DNA of 64,000 bases from Heptranchias perlo (lineage: Eukaryota). A model generated the notes under the pieces. The model searched no databases, had not been told where the DNA came from, and was given only the letters and a program-made list of their open reading frames with translations. This document shows positions 14,258 through 28,100 of this stretch, piece by piece. The position numbers and the translations under genes are program-made. Position 1 is the first letter of the stretch; each line of letters begins with the position of its first letter. The stretch spans positions 3,534,001 through 3,598,000 of the forward strand of contig NC_090346.1 of the NCBI RefSeq assembly GCF_035084215.1. Direction: 5' to 3'.

Positions 14258-14361
14258 CAACTCTGTTTCTCTCTCCACAGATGCTACCTGGCCTGCTGAG
14301 TATTTCCAGCATTTTCTGCTTTTATTTCAGATTTCCAGCATCCGCAGTAGTTTGCTTTTGT
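14258..14361 (+). mobile_element. Penelope-like terminal-repeat fragment (second family), ribozyme part missing
   Basis: aactctgtttctctctccacagatgct..cctgctgagtatttccagcattttctg..ttttatttcagatttccagcatc, also seen decayed and inverted at 47912-48096; family name from recall. Confidence 0.55.
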
Positions 14362-15357
14362 CCCCTGCTAATATTGATGGACTCCCAGGGGCCCTCTGTC
14401 CTAACTCGAAAAACCGCCAGCTACCCAAAAGAAAAACAGTGCTATTATAGCAGAAAATGTTTTTATTGGTAAATACACATACACAGCAACAGGAATAATG
14501 TGCTGGTAAGTCAACAAATACAGAAAAAGTAAATACAATATTGGAGACACTGTGCTCACAGCTCCATAGACACAAATCTAATGCTTCAAGTGGATAAATC
14601 TGATTTTCACACTTCCCATTAGATACTCAAAATATAGAATTTGCTAGTGGGGAAAGACTTACATTTAACATATTTGGGAAAATGTACACACAATATTTTA
14701 AGTTTTTAAAAAATGCACCATGTACAGGAGTGATGTAGGACAAAGGGCATTATTCATCGCCAAATTTGATTAGAAGGATAGCAAAGATTTTGTACATTAA
14801 AAGTTTAGTTTTCCACTGCAGTGGTTCTAAATTTTCCATTTTGAAGTTCTTTCATAACTATGCACTGAAATGTAATTCATAGGAAATCTAACCTAATGAC
14901 ATTTCATTCCCTCTCCTCTCTTTTTAAAAAGATGAATAGTTCATCCAGGTGAAAGACGTCAGCGCTGGGGAGTGCAACACTTCCCCATTTTTCACCCAGT
15001 GTTAGCATCAATCAGTGAAGATGACATAACATTGTTAGCTGCCAAGTAATGGGAGACTGCTTTTCCCCAATAATGTGATTAACCCCTGCAAATCTGAAAG
15101 GAGCACCCATATTACACCAGTGCAAGTTTTTCCATTTCTCACAGCAGCTTCTCTAAGCAAGGCCAATCTGCACTGAATTATGGGCAGTTTTGTATGTAGA
15201 CACATGCCCGCCAGGAACTGGGTTGACACTCCCAAATTCATTTTATATAGGATCCTTACAATCAGTGTAGAACAGAGACTTTCACCCCATTAGTCTACGC
15301 TGGATTCATATTCAAGCCTAGGTGAAAAGTCAGTGTGCCATTATTTCTTTTCACTTT

Positions 15358-15610
15358 AAAAAGATCCCATGCCACTATTCAAAGAAGAGCAGGGGAATTT
15401 TCCCCAGTGTCCTGGCCAATATTTATCCCTCAACCAACAACTAAAAACAGATTGGTTATCATATTGTTGTTTGTGGGACCTTGCTGTGCGCAAATTGGCT
15501 GCCGCATTTCCTACATTACAACTAAAAAGTACTTCATTGGCTGTAAAGCGCTTTGGGACGTCCTGAGGTCATGAAAGGTGCTATATAAATGCAAGTCTTT
15601 CTTCTTTCTT
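15358..15610 (+). mobile_element. DeuSINE-like SINE 3' half
   Basis: Closely matches 18490-18720; ends gctatataaatgcaagtctttcttc. Confidence 0.8.
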
Positions 15611-17244
15611 TATATCTCAATCCACATAAATGATCTCAAGCAACAGTCCATATAATTTCCATTACAATCTTTGCAATTTTTTTTAAATTTAAAAATAAAT
15701 ATTTAGCTTTAATCCAAAATACAAATATAGTTAGCTATTTCTCACTGTTACGAAACACATACTGCAATTTAACAATAAGATGTTAAGCACATATGAAACA
15801 TGCTTGGCCAACTTAATATCTTACTGACAGGGTATTGGAAAATAAACACGCTGGGAAGGGTTAAGATAAGCAGCTGTCACCTTTTTAATATAACAGAGAA
15901 TGAGTAGAACAAAGCCTTTTTGGAAGGCACTTGCACTTCATTGAAAGCTCACAGAACCAACAGTATAATTACTTATGCTACACACAGTACTCTACTTAAC
16001 TGGGATTTTCGTTTTTATTGATTGTATTGATAAATTCTTAGATTTTGGCATTAGTCCGAATGAGTTTTTAAAATTATTTTTTAAATCTCAAAAGAAGAGA
16101 TACTTCCATGCCTGCAGTTACCCCAACCTTTTTTTTTGCAGGCCCTATGAGAATTGGATCTCCATAACTGTTTCATTTGCACTTGGCAATGTCTAATGTG
16201 GTTTCCAGTTTCCAGTTTTTCATCATCTCTCCAGTACACCAACAAAAATTTTAAATCCTTCCCCAACCAAGTTTTTTTAAAAAAACCTCAAAACTCCAGA
16301 TCGTTTTAAGGATAAAAGTACTAGAAGTGTCAACTTTTAGAATGGAAAAAAAAAGGTCGAAACATCCTTCACCCAGTGTTCTCCTAGAAACATGAATGTA
16401 TTTTCCCCCCCACTCCCTTCCCAAGCTTCATGAATGTCACTGTGGGCAGTTTGCTTAAAGGGAGCATAGGTGTAAGGAATGCATTATTCAGAACACACTG
16501 TTTGTATATAGGCAACATGTAAAGTGATTTATCACTCTGGTTAGGTTTGTGTGATGAGTAGCACTAGATTATTATACAATAAAAAAAGATTAAGCAAAAC
16601 AAGAGTGACCTAATACCATATGGTGTAAAGTTAAGGTTTGCACAGCTTATTAAATTGAAGAAAACTAAAAATCATTGTTACTGACTAAATTCCGATTTCA
16701 TGTCACCTCTGATTTCTATACCCATTTTTATAAAATACAATAAAATCTCACTGTAAGTTTAAAAGTGTTGTTCCAAAGGAATTTATTACCTAATTTTACA
16801 AACTAAGAGTCGGAGTCTGAATGCCAATTAAGAATTGGATTCAAGCCGCCCCATCAAGAGTACACAGCTTTAGTGAGGTTTTAATGTTCAAGTATGACAC
16901 CCCTAATTTTAAGAGAACACACAGCAGCAGTTTCCTAGCATCCGAATAACAAATACAGCATTTTAGGATATTCTGTTAGCTCTGTTAATATGGATGGACA
17001 TAGGCTCATTTATGAAAACCAAGGTTTAGTGTAATGCAAAGAAAATATTGTACCTGATGAGATTGAGCAGACTACAGACTGATGGAATGCAAAACAACTC
17101 ATAGGTCCTGCTGTAATTGGTTTGTCACAACACCACGGTAAACCAGAGATGGTGCTGATAATGCATGGAAGTCAACAGTGTATTCAACCCGCTTTTTTTC
17201 GATTAGTGAAGTATTTAAAACAATAATCAATACACAGGCACGAC

Positions 17245-17721
17245 ATAATCAATGTTACTAAGCTTTATTTTATCCCATTAGACGTCAAATATAACCTGAA
17301 TGGAGGAGGATACAGTCCACTGTAGTGCCGTAATTGCACACTAAAATATGTATTAACCCTTATTGTACTCTCAATATTCCTCCGTACAAAATGCTGTGTT
17401 AATTTACCATGGATGTTAAAATAGCCCATGGCTACAGGAAACTTTGAGTGCCTCAGTAATAATATACTTACACAAACCACAGACAGCATCCACAGTGATC
17501 AGTGACAGTAGCAAAGTAAACTGCAGAGCTGCTGCTAATTAGTGAAACGTATTCACAATTATTAAAAGTGAAGGCAGTGTCTTTATCACCACTGCAGAAA
17601 CTGATATAGTAAAAGGCACTGTGATGATCTTTACAAGAGTGGAGCGCATTCAACTTCCAAAATGTAGGACAAGTTCCAGGTGACGCAAGAGAAATCAGCT
17701 TCAACTGAAGATATGGTGGCA
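17245..17721 (-). other. EIF3B: EIF3B probable non-coding terminal exon (3' UTR)
   Basis: Strong acceptor ttttttcttttctccccAG|TGCC at 17722/17721; AATAAA at 17269-17264 followed by GU-rich sequence; 3' end approximate. Confidence 0.65.
17264..17269 (-). terminator. Polyadenylation signal AATAAA (EIF3B)
   Basis: tttatt on +; downstream on minus strand TATGTCGTGCCTGTGTATTG is GU-rich. Confidence 0.55.
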
Positions 17722-18288
17722 CTGGGGAGAAAAGAAAAAAAGGTTTTCATATGCATATATAAAATTTGAGAGTTAATAAATCCATGTACATGCTAACCAT
17801 TATAATCTGCACATCTATTTTAAACATTAATATTTAGCTCCAAATCCAGAACTCAAATTTCCAGGGAGGGACTGATACGAGTGGCCAGTGTACTATATGT
17901 ACTGTAGGAGAGGCTATAGGTCAATTCATTCTGGTTCCAATGCCCACAATCCATTTCCTTTATGTTCCTTTAAAGCAACAAGAGGGGAACTGAAGTTTGA
18001 CAAATCACCCGCAAGTTATAGTATTACAATATGTCAAGAATGATATGGAAAAAGAATTGCAACATTGTTAAAACTCACCAGTAAACATGGTAAAATATAA
18101 ACTAAAACTATTTAAATATGGATTGTTTCTACAATAGAACTTTGACAAACTGAAGTGGCTTATGCTCAAAATTGTGATTTGTACCTAGCTCGGATTTCCC
18201 AATGTATAGGTGTACTAAAGTCCTGTCCATGTGGCAAGATATGGATGTGTTTGTAAACTGCTGCAGCATTAAATTCCCAACCTTGAAT

Positions 18289-18720
18289 GAGTTGTGGCTC
18301 AGTGGTAGCACTCTTGCCTGAGTCAGAAGGTTGTGGGTTCAAGTCCCACTCCAGAGACTTGAGCACATAATGCAGGCTGACACTCCAGTGCAGTACTGAG
18401 TGAGTTTTGGACTGCCAGGGGTGCCGTCTTTCAGACGAAACGTTAAACTGAGGCCCCGTCTGCCCTCTCGGGTGGACATTTCAAAGATTAGTAGAGGAAT
18501 TCTCCCCGGTGTCCTAGCCAATATTTATCCCTCAACCAACATCACTAAAAACAGATGTCCCAGTCCTTATCTCATTCCTGTTTGAGGAACCTTGCTGTGT
18601 GCAAATTGGCTGCCATGTTTCCTACATTACAACAGTGACCACTTCAAGAGTACTTAATTGGTTGTAAAGCGCTTTGAGATGTTCTAAGGTCGTGAAAGAT
18701 GCTATATAAATGCAAGTCTT
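18289..18720 (+). mobile_element. Near full-length tRNA-derived DeuSINE-like element (SacSINE1/AmnSINE1-type)
   Basis: A box TGGCTCAGTGG 18295-18305, B box GTTCAAGTCC 18337-18346, central domain repeated elsewhere in the window, tail gctatataaatgcaagtctt. Confidence 0.85.
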
Positions 18721-19067
18721 GCTAAAAATTCAAGGTAGCTAGTTTACATTATTAAAAAAAAAATCACTCAATTGTAATTTATGCTGGAAATAGGTTAGGC
18801 AGTACAACTGATTTCAATAAGTTATTGAAACATGCAGGTTCAAATTTTGCAATCAACTAAACTTTATTTGAATATATAGTACCACAGAAGTATTTGAAGT
18901 CACAACCAAAACATTTTTCAGGCTTTGAAGTGTGCATTTTTCCCAAATGAAAAAAAACTGTACCCCAAACTCTGCTTAATTGGTTGTGGTAAATATTTTT
19001 TTTTCTTTTTTTACAGGTGTTGTCTCTCTGCTGTGATAATATAGTAGCTTACCTGTATGTTGTAAGA

Positions 19068-19171
19068 CTACTCCTGATCTCCAACAGGGATAATTTCTTC
19101 TGTGACGAAAAATTCAACAGTCTCTTCCTCCCAATCGTCAACATTACTGTCCAGCTCATCTGTGTCGACAC
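19068..19171 (-). CDS. EIF3B: EIF3B coding exon 18 (stop TAG at 19070-19068; exon continues to donor at 19053)
   Basis: cacAG|GT GTC; [34 protein letters not shown]. Confidence 0.96.
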
Positions 19172-22100
19172 CTGTGAGGGGATGAGCAGGAATTTTCAAT
19201 TGCAAGGACATGCACTTTCGTAAAGCAATATATGAACATTAGTATACAGGAGCAGATATTTTCCTTCGGTAAATATTTATACTCATCTATATGTTATTGC
19301 TGTAAAATGGAACATTTCCCCATTTAGACACACATCATCAAGAATTAAGCATTGCCAAGTCAAATGTAGCACAGCCACTTGCTGTAAAGTTCCTTCTATT
19401 TTGCTCAACCCATACACCTTTACTACAATCCCAGAAATGCCACATACCAATGAGGCATTTCTATTCAATCCAAAATGAGGCTGTCATAGTGGAGACAGTG
19501 GGGAACTAAGTTAAGGCTGCTCACGTAATCTTGGACTCTTAATCAGAGAGAAATGACATTTATCTTGTTTGTAAAATATGGACTGGGACTCTGGTCCGAG
19601 AGATACAAGTTGGCCTTGGCCACGGCACAACTCAGACCCTCGTTCGTTCCCAACACCCCCGCGCCCCCCCCAATTTCTTATGATCGTATTTCCATTGAGA
19701 AATGTCTTTTTATAATACAAAGTATAAAAGCCAGAATTTGAACCCCAGTAATCTTGCTAGATTAGTAGAGTGGATTAAGGACACAATTAACATTTTTCTA
19801 CATCCAGTAGGGACGAATGTCTAATAGAAATTTACACAATTAACTTTATTCTACAATAAAAGGATGGATGATTTTCAAGAAACTCATTTTAAAAAGGGGC
19901 ACTGCTCCCCTATTTTAAGATGGAACAGACTAATGGAAAACTAAATTACATTGCAGGTCATACTATCTAATTTTGTCATTAGAGGATTTTTAAAAAAAAA
20001 CAGGCTTATTAGGTGCAGACAGTAGAAAAGTAGAATAATGAGATCTGTACAGGCTGTTTGACCTAGGATCCAAATATCTCAATACTTAGAAACCTTGACT
20101 GCATTATGCCCATAAAAACTGTTCTTGAGCCTGCATAGTTAAACTGTTCACTATTAAAACTAAACTAATTTATTACCTCCTCGGAGCTCCAGGCGTTGGG
20201 ACTTCTGCTCTGCGTAAATCTGGATGGTCTTCTCACGATATTTATGGAATTCTTCCATCATCTTGCGTCGTTTATCTACCAATTCCTTTATAAAAAAAAA
20301 TTGATAAGAGTACTAGTGCACACATGTGCTATTTTAACACAAATTAACAAAAGAAATTGGTCTGGAGGTGAATTGAAAGTGGCCATTTATTGAAAGAAAA
20401 AGGCAAAGCAACACAGATGGGGAGATAGGGATAACAGAAATTTAAAATTTTCAGATACCACCTTTCAGTCAGATATTGAGCAATTTGCACCTTAAAATAC
20501 ATTGGGGTAATTTTGACTTTGGGTGATACATTTATACATCTGTTATCCATTATATCTTCAAATGAAAATTAGGAGATGTATATAGCAGAAGGCTGAATCG
20601 ATATCACCCGTTTTACACTATCACCCAAAGTCAAAATTATCCCCATTTACTTAAAGAAATTTGACCATTTTGATGTTTTACTCATCCCTAAACATGAGAC
20701 ACAGATTTTAAAAGACTTAGTTTATGCAGAGAAGTTAATCAATTAGACAATTCTTAATCAAAATAATTAATTCTCGTTTTGGCAGAAAGTTGCTGAGAAC
20801 AGCTTGTGCTTAATGACAATTCTGACAGTTAGAACTACACAAACCTACTCCAACGATTCAATAAACTCAAGATCTTATGGTCAAGGCTACACCAATGGTG
20901 CAGGTTAGATACCCTGACACACTGCAGCACTGTCATACATGGTTCCCCCAGATTGCAAATTCTGAAGTTAGCAGAGAGAAGAAGAGGTTAAATAAAACTA
21001 GTCAAGTCTCTGGAAAGCTCCTATAAACCTAATGCTGCATCAAGAGGGTAGACTAACTGTAAATATCTAATTAAAATTACAACCAGGAAAGGACAATTGC
21101 AACAGTAACTATTAAATCTAATTCAAAAGCTGCACTTCAAAGGCCCAGTCAAGAGACTACTACACTTCACTCTTAACTGGTGTTCTGCCCATAATAATTA
21201 TTAGAAAACAAATTCCTTTTTATGGAATTAACAAAGAATTTTGGAAATTAAGTCTCCTGCTAGTACTACATTTTCACTTTCGGATTTCAGTGACTTTTAG
21301 TTTTACTACAAAACATTAACTACTAACCTTGGAGGCCTTTGACTGACTCAAACGATCTTTCTGTTCAAAGATTTTTGAGTATTTCTTATAATCTTTTTTG
21401 ATTTGCTGTAAAAAAAAGTACATACATTATTAAGGGGAGATGAAAATAATGCAAAGTGTAAATCTTAATTTGGTGACGGTTTTCAAATATCTGTACAAAA
21501 TCATCTCATAGGCACAGAAACATCCGCCCTTACCTGAACACTGAAAATTATATTGTAAAAGTAATAAAACACTTGGAATTCTTAATTACAAATATATTTT
21601 ATTAAGCACCCAATGGCTCAGATGGTGAAGGCAGCATGTAACTGAGCCACACAGATTGAGCCATTTAGATGCACACAACCTCAATTCCCGGCCTACATTA
21701 AATTAATGAGATCTCAGCCAGAATGCCTCTGGAGCTCCCTCGCCTGATCTCTATTGTGACCCTTTAACGAAAATTGCATACGGACATCAGTGGGGGCAGA
21801 ATCAGGCTCAGTTGTGATGTCCTTGTTAAGTAGCCTGTCAGCACTCATTAAGCTTATGCACAAAGAATGACCATATAGTCGATATTCCAGAGGGTGGCCG
21901 ACAGTGGTGGAATCGCATCCTAGAAAGAATTGATGTCCTCAGGAATGGAGTGGGAGAGAAAGCTGGCAAAATAATTATGTTGGTATTTTACTACATTAAA
22001 CAGCAAGCTATTGGCACAGAAAAGGTGACTGCCTGGTTCCAAGCAAAATCTGGATGCGTGCAAAATGTAGCCTAACAGTACGCAACTTGTATGTTATAAT

Positions 22101-25100
22101 ATACAGCAAGTATACCAAATTCCATCCTGAGCATAGATAAGGAGCATGTAAGATATTTGCATTTCCATGGCATCAACATTCTTCAGAGGAGAAAATCTTT
22201 GGAGTTTCAAAATACTATGCTTAGGCCTTCAATAAAATTGAAATTTCAAGCTAGCGGTATAAATATACAATATAGTAACATAAGCTACAGTTGGAGGGAG
22301 TTAGGTTAAGTATATCTATTGATGAATCATTGCTAAACCTGGTCTTGCTTGTTTGCCTTAAGGTGTCGGGGAGGAATTTCTAAGAGTCTCTGATTTTTTT
22401 TTTGCCTTTCCCTGGCCCATTAATGTTCACCCTAATGGTATTTTCTCAACTTTCTTTTCATATGCTTTTAGCTGACAAGGACGGATGTCTCATAAATTTG
22501 TTCTGGTGATGGCTGAGAGCACACAAAGACATAGAAAATGTTGCCGGGATACTAATGGGGCAACTCATACATACATGCTGCAACTCTAGTTCAACTAAGT
22601 GTTGAGGTACACGTTCAAATGTAGAGTTAAGTCGGTCCCTCAGCTGATACACAAAAGAGACTAGTGGGCTTATAGGGCATTTGAGGTGTTCTTTGCTGCA
22701 GTATTCAGATTTCTGAGCCTGACTAGTGCAGTGCTACAGGAATTAAGTAGCTTTGTAGATTTCCTTGACTCATAGGCAAATTTTCTTTGTAGGTGCAAAG
22801 CACCTTTCATCAGTTTCTCCAAATTAATGCCCCCCTCCCCCCCCATTGGTACTAATGAAGCATGACTACTTCAAGGCATTTCAGTTTGCTAAGTAGGAAA
22901 TTTATCAACCATATAGTCAGATTTTACTGATTTTATACAAATGAGCGCTGGCTACACACCTTAAGCTGATCCTGAGAGAGCAGGGTTGCTTGTCTGGGTC
23001 TCCACAGCAGTTGGCAGAAACGATCCTTGGTGTTCTTCTGTAAGAGACGTCCTTGGAACGTCCACATCCAGTATGCATTATCCACCTAACAATATAAAAC
23101 AAATGGCAATTTATCTAAAGTATTACAAAAGTGCACAGAGACACATTTGTCCCAGGTGCTTTAGAATATAGATTATTCTTGACACAGACTGTCTCAACCA
23201 TATTTTCTCCAGTCTCCCTGCACCACTCTACCTGAGGGCAGGTGGGCAAATTGCTCTCAGACTTCTGCCAATGCAACTTTCAAGTTGCCCACTTTAAGAG
23301 AGAATAGCCAAGGGAGACTCTGTCTTCAGCTTTCCCTCCTGTGCTACAGAGAAGAATCTGCACTTCCTCCCTGTAGCACTCTCGGGATCCTGTATTCCAT
23401 CACTTCGTGGAGTGGGCACAGCAAGACTCCAGTACAGTTTGAATTTAAATTTTGACACCACCTCCCAGAAGACAGGATAGCTTGCAGAAAAATGTCTGAA
23501 GTGTTAGCTATTGTTCAGACTGCAATCCTTAAATACACAGATGCCAAGTGTCAATCACATTATTACACTTCTATTTATAAATAATATAAATTCAAAGAAG
23601 TTGGGCTTACTATTCTGCTCAGCCTAGTCTACAAGTGAAATTCTGAATCGTGACATTTATGAGACAAATATATTAACCGTACCTTGTGACTCCACCATGA
23701 TACTGAAGTCACTACATATCGTCCTGTTGGGTCCCATTCAATATCAGAAGCCATGTAATGCTCAGCTACATTCATCAGTGTGCAGTCTGATGTGTCGTAG
23801 AATGCCAAAGCACCATTCATGCTACAGAGTAAGAATATTTTACATTAAGTAAATATCTTTATTGTCTTATGAACAGTATAAACAGTATTACTGAATTTAC
23901 AAGTGTTCCCTATTCTTCATTGTTATACAGTTAAAACTACATATATAGTGCTTTCCTACATTACAACAGTCACTACACTTCAAAAGTATTTCACTGGCTG
24001 TAAAGCACTTTGAGGCGCTATATAAATGCAAGTTCATTCTTTAAGAAATAGGACATGTCAACTTAGGTTGACTAGTACTCATTAACAACATTTTTTCCAT
24101 TTGTCAATGTGAATCTTGTCCAGCTTTGTAAGTGATCAGTACAAATCAGAATAGAGCAATCTAAAGAAATACACAACTAAGTGAATTGCTGTACAATGGC
24201 TGTTGGGGTAGTGAAACAAAAAAGGAAAACTGCTTCCAGCAGCTTTATCCGCTGACTGTACCATTCTGTGAGCGTACCTACTGCATAAATCCCTCCTCCA
24301 AATCAGCCACCAATTACTGACACTTGTGTTTTTCTCCTATGCACAAAAGATAAAATGGCAGACGATCCTTTAGGTAATAAACAATTATGAATTACAGTAA
24401 TCTTAATTTTTATGCTTTCTATATTGTCAGATCAGCCTCATTAAATCAGTATTTTTACCCTCATGGGTGATTCAGGAAAGTAGGTTTGCATCATATCTGA
24501 CAAAATGTAGCACAATTCACAATGTTCATCATCTACTTTGGTCAGCTCCTTCCACAACTCCCTCTCCCCTGGGGATGTTTCAATGCCATGACAAATCTCA
24601 CCCAGAAAAGTCTAATTAACAGAAACAGCATGTCTGACTGATCTGAACATCTCACATTCCACATTAATTACTACACCATCACTCACCTCCTTAGACCAGC
24701 CAGTACCAAAAATTGTCCTTGCGGACTCCAAAAGATACTGTTAGCTTGCTGCTTATCAAACATTTCTGAGAAAAAAAGACAAAAAAGAGTTAATTTTGGC
24801 CACAATTTACATTCCACAGACTGAAGCAACTATTAGTTTACTACTCTGACAAGTCTCACTTTCATTCTTCAGTCACATGACAAACACCTACCTACCTGCA
24901 GAGGGTTGCACGTTGCACAATATAATCATAGAGTCATAGGAATTTACGGCACAGAGGCCATTCGGCCCATCTTGCCTGTGCCAGCCGAAGAAGAGCTATC
25001 CAGCCTAATCCCACTTTCCAGCTCTTGGTCCGTAGCCTTGTAGGTTACGGCACTTCAAGTGCATATTTTTTTTAAATTATTCGTTCACGGGATGTGGGCG

Positions 25101-28100
25101 TCGCTGGCAAGGCCGGCATTTATTGCCCATCCCTAATTGCCCTTGAGAAGGTGGTGGTGAGCCGCCTTCTTGAACCGCTGCAGTCCGTGTGGTGACGGTT
25201 CTCCCACAGTGCTGTTAGGAAGGGAGTTCCAGGATTTTGACCCAGCGACAATGAAGGAACGGCGATATATTTCCAAGTCGGGATGGTGTGTGACTTGGAG
25301 GGGAACGTGCAGGTGGTGTTGTTCCCATGCGCCTGCTGCCCTTGTCCTTCTAGGTGGTAGAGGTCGCGGGTTTGGGAGGTGCTGTCGAAGAAGCCTTGGC
25401 GAGTTGCTGCAGTGCATCCTGTGGATGGTACACACTGCAGCCACAGTGCGCCGGTGGTGAAGGGAGTGAATGTTTAGGGTGGTGGATGGGGTGCCAATCA
25501 AGCGGGCTGCTTTATCTTGGATGGTGTCGAGCTTCTTGAGTGTTGTTGGAGATGCACTCATCCAGGCAAGTGGAGAGTATTCCATCACACTCCTGACTTG
25601 TGCCTTGTAGATGGTGGAAAGGCTTTGGGGAGTCAGGAGGTGAGTCACTTGCCGCAGAATACCCAGCCTCTGACCTGCTCTCGTAGCCACAGTATTTATA
25701 TGGCTGGTCCAGTTAAGTTTCTGGTCAATGGTGAGCCCCAGGATGTTGATGGTGGGGGATTCGGCGATGGTAATGCCGTTGAATGTCAAGGGGAGGTGGT
25801 TAGACTCTCTCTTGTTGGAGATGGTCATTGCCTGGCACTTATCTGGCGCGAATGTTACTTGCCACTTATCAGCCCAAGCCTGGATGTTGTCCAGGTCTTG
25901 CTGCATGCGGGCTCGGACTGCTTCATTATCTGAGGGGTTGCGAATGGAACTGAACACTGTGCAGTCATCAGCGAACATCCCCATTTCTGACCTTATGATG
26001 GAGGGAAGGTCATTGATGAAGCAGCTGAAGATGGTTGGGCCTAGGACACTGCCCTGAGGAACTCCTGCAGCAATGCCCTGGGGCTGAGATGATTGGCCTC
26101 CAACAACCACTACCATCTTCCTTTGTGCTAGGTATGACGCCAGCCACTGGAGAGTTTTCCCCCTGATTCCCATTGACTTCAATTTTACTAGGGCTCCTTG
26201 GTGCCACACTCGGTCAAATGCTGCCTTGACGTCAAGGGCAGTCACTCTCACCTCACCTCTGGAATTCAGCTCTTTTGTCCATGATTGGACCAAGGCTGTA
26301 ATGAGGTCTGGAGCCGAGTGGTCCTGGCGGAACCCAAACTGAGCATCGGTGAGCAGGTTATTGGTGAGTAAGTGCCGCTTGATAGCACTGTCGACGACAC
26401 CTTCCATCACTTTGCTGATGATTGAGAGTAGACTGATGGGGCGGTAATTGGCCGGATTGGATTTGTCCTGCTTTTTGTGGACAGGACATACCTGGGCAAT
26501 TTTCCACATTGTCGGGTGGATGCCAGTGTTGTAGCTGTACTGGAACAGCTTGGCTAGAGGCGCAGCTAGTTCTGGAGCACAAGTCTTCAGCACTACAGCT
26601 GGGATGTTGTCGGGGCCCATAGCCTTTGCTGTATCCAGTGCACTCAGCCGTTTCTTGATATCAGGTGGAGTGAATCGAATTGGCCGAAGACTGGCTTCCG
26701 TGATGGTGGGGATATCGGGAGGAGGCTGAGATGGATTATCCACTCGGCACTTGAGAATGGGGATGTTTGCAGAGCCTCCTCCTCCCGTTAGTTGTTTAAT
26801 TGTCCACCACCATTCACGACTGGATGTGGCAGGACTGCAGAGCTTTGATCTGATCCGCTGGTTGTGGAATCGCTTAGCTCTGTCTATAGCATATTGCTTC
26901 CGCTGTTTAGCATGCATGTAGTCCTGAGTTGTTGCTTCACCAGGTTGGCACCTCATTTTTAGGTACGCCTGGTGCTGCTCCTGGCATGCTCTTCTACATT
27001 CCTCATTGAACCAGGGTTGATCCCCTGGCTTGTTGGTAATGGTAGAGTGAGGAATATGCCGGGCCATGAGGTTACAGATTGTGCTGGAATACAATTCTGC
27101 TGCTGCTGGTGGCCCACAGCACCTCATGGATGCCCAGTTTTGAGCTGCTAGATCTGTTCTGAATCTATCCCATTTAGTACTTTTTAAATGCGATGAGGGT
27201 TTCTGCCTCCACCACACTCTCGGGCAATGAGTTCCAGATCACTAGCACAACTTGGTGAAAAAATGATGCTTCAGCTCCCCAAAATCCTTCTACCAATTAC
27301 TTTAAATCTATGCCCCCTGGCTATTGACACATCATACACATGACCAGATACACACTTCACATTTTCCTGCAAACAGGAAGAGGTTGCCAAAGGACCAGAT
27401 TCCTTAAGTTTAAATATTCCTTACCTAGTCGTAGCATAAGCAAAAAAAGTTATGATTTACTTACTGATGAGCTCAATCTTGCCATTATTCTTCACATGGT
27501 AGAAGGATACTGATATTCTGGGTGTTTCTCCGTGTAGCACAGCAAATTTACTTCCATTTGGTTCCCAAGCAAAAGCAATAATACCCTCTAAGTGCAGAAG
27601 AAAAATACATACTGGTAAACAAAATATTTACTTGAATAAGATCCACTAAAGATCGCTTAATTCTTGAAACATAACTAAGGATGTAATTTTTTGTATCCAT
27701 TTCTAAAAGTTAAGCAACCACCGCCCCCCATAAGATTCTAAATAGATTTTGTCAAGCGTTAGATTAATATACAGCTTGCTTCTGTTGATCCAAAGACATT
27801 TCTGCCCCCACCTCCCCCCCCACCCAAATTCAAATTATCCAATAGCTCAAAATAAATCATATTAATGAAACAGCACAGGATATTTTTGCACAACTGCAAT
27901 TCGAATTAACAGATAATTCCAATTAAGCAACTTTGAATTAAGAGGAGACGACCATATTCACATTTTCTGACACTTCAGTAATTTACTGCTTTCAAAAGTT
28001 TCACTTTGAATTGTGGACAATATCTCCAACTGCTCTCTCCAACCTGTAAATTTTTTTTTTTTAAATCCCTATCCTGGAAAAAATGGTGCTGCAACTTTAA

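Noticed and set aside
18289-18360. tRNA gene
   Set aside because: A and B boxes run directly into a SINE body and tail; no convincing acceptor stem.
25133-27217. 694-aa RT ORF as a host gene, retron or domesticated RT
   Set aside because: It has no true ATG start (the first residues come from the flanking CR1), has a LINE tail and has near-identical fragments elsewhere in the window, so it is a truncated retrotransposon.
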